Source of the DNA: Octopus sinensis
Lineage: Eukaryota
DNA length: 64,000 nucleotides
Assembly: GCF_006345805.1 (NCBI RefSeq)
Contig: NC_043010.1
Span: forward strand, 13,640,001 to 13,704,000
Direction of reading: 5' to 3'
The notes beneath the pieces are model-generated. The model was not told the origin of the DNA, did no database searches, and worked only from the letters and a program-made list of their open reading frames with translations. Positions 62,546 to 64,000 of the stretch are shown here, in pieces (positions within the stretch are counted from its first letter, which is position 1; every line of letters starts with the position of its first letter). The translations under genes and the position numbers were made by a program.

Positions 62546-64000
62546 ATAAATATATATTGAGAGAGAAGTATATATTGATGAGGAAGGAGAAAGAGTTGGG
62601 TGAAGACTGAATAGTATTTTCGTGAGTTGAATTTCAAGCCGCTGCAATCTTCAGGCGAGAACTGTTACAGCTCGTTTTTATCCGTTTGTGTATTGTATCT
62701 TGTTTGTGTATGTTTTTTTGTGTGTGTCTGTTAGTTGGCTGTCATTTTATGTTTCTTTGTTGTGACTAGTTGGTATCTTTTGATTATTTCTTTGCATTTG
62801 ATTATTTCTATTATAGATACGATGTCTGGAATTCTGTGGTGGAGGACTTAGTCGATTATTTTGTCCGCCTGTGCTCAACTGCTACTTATTTTACCGACCA
62901 CGAAAGAATGAATGACAAAGTCGACCTCAGCGACGTCTAGACTCTGAATGTACAGCTGTCTTTACACCCTGAGTTCAAATTCTGAGCGAAATCGACTTTG
63001 CCTTTCATTCTTTTAGGCATGCCAACGATTCTGCCAGCTCGTAGCTTACTTCCTTGAGATGTCTTTGCTTATTTGAATTCCGTTTCTACATTTTTTTTTT
63101 AGTTACGATGTTTATTGTCAAATTTGTTTGTGTCACTGTATATGTTTACATAAATTGCTAAAATTTATCTGCTAATCTCATTAAGTTATTATTATTTTTT
63201 TTTTTTGTGAAACATTTTATTTATTTATTAACTAATTTGTATTTATTTACTTATTTATGTTTATTTCCTCGAGTCTGTTTCTTCATTTAAAAAATAGTTG
63301 CGTATGGAAGAATTAGTTTTCTAGAGAGTATTTGCTTTTCATGTATTGTACTGATACTAGAATTCATGGCTGAGTGGTTTCTGTCGGTTGCTTTGTTAAT
63401 GGCGTTCTATACTCGTTTATATATTTTGAGATTAATAGGTTTCGAGGCTTGTTTTTTTGTGCGTGTTTGTAATTTGTAATTCGTGGGATCTGGTATACCA
63501 ATTATTCATGGTTGGGTAATTCTGTTAATATATTTCCGTATGCTTTTATGTACGTGTATATGTATGTGTTCGTTGAAGGCTCCTTTTTATTAGTGCTAGA
63601 GTGTATAAGTGTTTTGTATATATAATTTGTGTTGACTGTTAAACAGTCTGCACAAATTACGAATCTTGTGGATATCAGTTTGTATGTCTGCGCATGTGCG
63701 TATGCATGTGTGTGCGCGCGCGTACGTGTGTGTATATGTGGTGGTGGGGGGGGAGATTCAAGCTGTTGTGTTGGCAGATGTTATATTCTGTTTAGTGCTT
63801 GAGCCATTGATCCAAAATGAATTTGTTTTAGTGTCATCAGCGCGACATGATCTCGTTTCTCTTGTTTAGTCAATGGGTACTTTGCGTGGATATTTGTATC
63901 TTTCTGTAACAGAATCCAGCTTCTGGAACCATATATGTACCAGGGTGCACACATCGTTGATTCCCAGTTTATGTTTACGATTATATTGCTTTTTTTAACA

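Noticed and set aside
63900-63935. Acceptor-like cagcttctggaacc resembling the ZNF 5' UTR exon start (cagcttctgggaatc)
   Set aside because: Match of about 12 nt is too short to claim paralogy; window ends before any ORF

Overview
AT-rich, repeat-saturated animal genomic DNA. The SINE/RTE repertoire, long (TA)n/(TATG)n microsatellites and single-coding-exon C2H2 genes point to an octopus genome (inference, not verified by search). Only two protein genes are well supported: a 5-finger C2H2 gene (+, 19794-20309) and a 12+2-finger C2H2 gene (-, 41488-43176). They are convergent, and each has a splice acceptor just upstream of its ATG. The rest is nested mobile DNA: several tRNA-headed SINE families (my working labels A, B and D), a very abundant RTE-linked 3' repeat (C), RTE and Tx1/L1 LINE ends, mariner relics, Helitrons, and hAT-, piggyBac-, pogo- and Merlin-like MITEs. 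The most notable finding is four separate loci carrying six type I hammerhead-ribozyme motifs (10.9, 23.8, 40.9 and 48.4-48.7 kb). Each locus abuts (TA)n tracts and has a fold-back or inverted architecture, suggesting Penelope-mobilised retrozyme-like families; one has a tRNA-like head. Also notable: SINE multimers bounded by single TSDs, an inverted SINE tetramer resembling twin priming, head/tail module swapping among SINEs, and a 758-bp palindromic MITE dimer with its own 8-bp TSD. All motifs were read by eye; no folding or database search was run.
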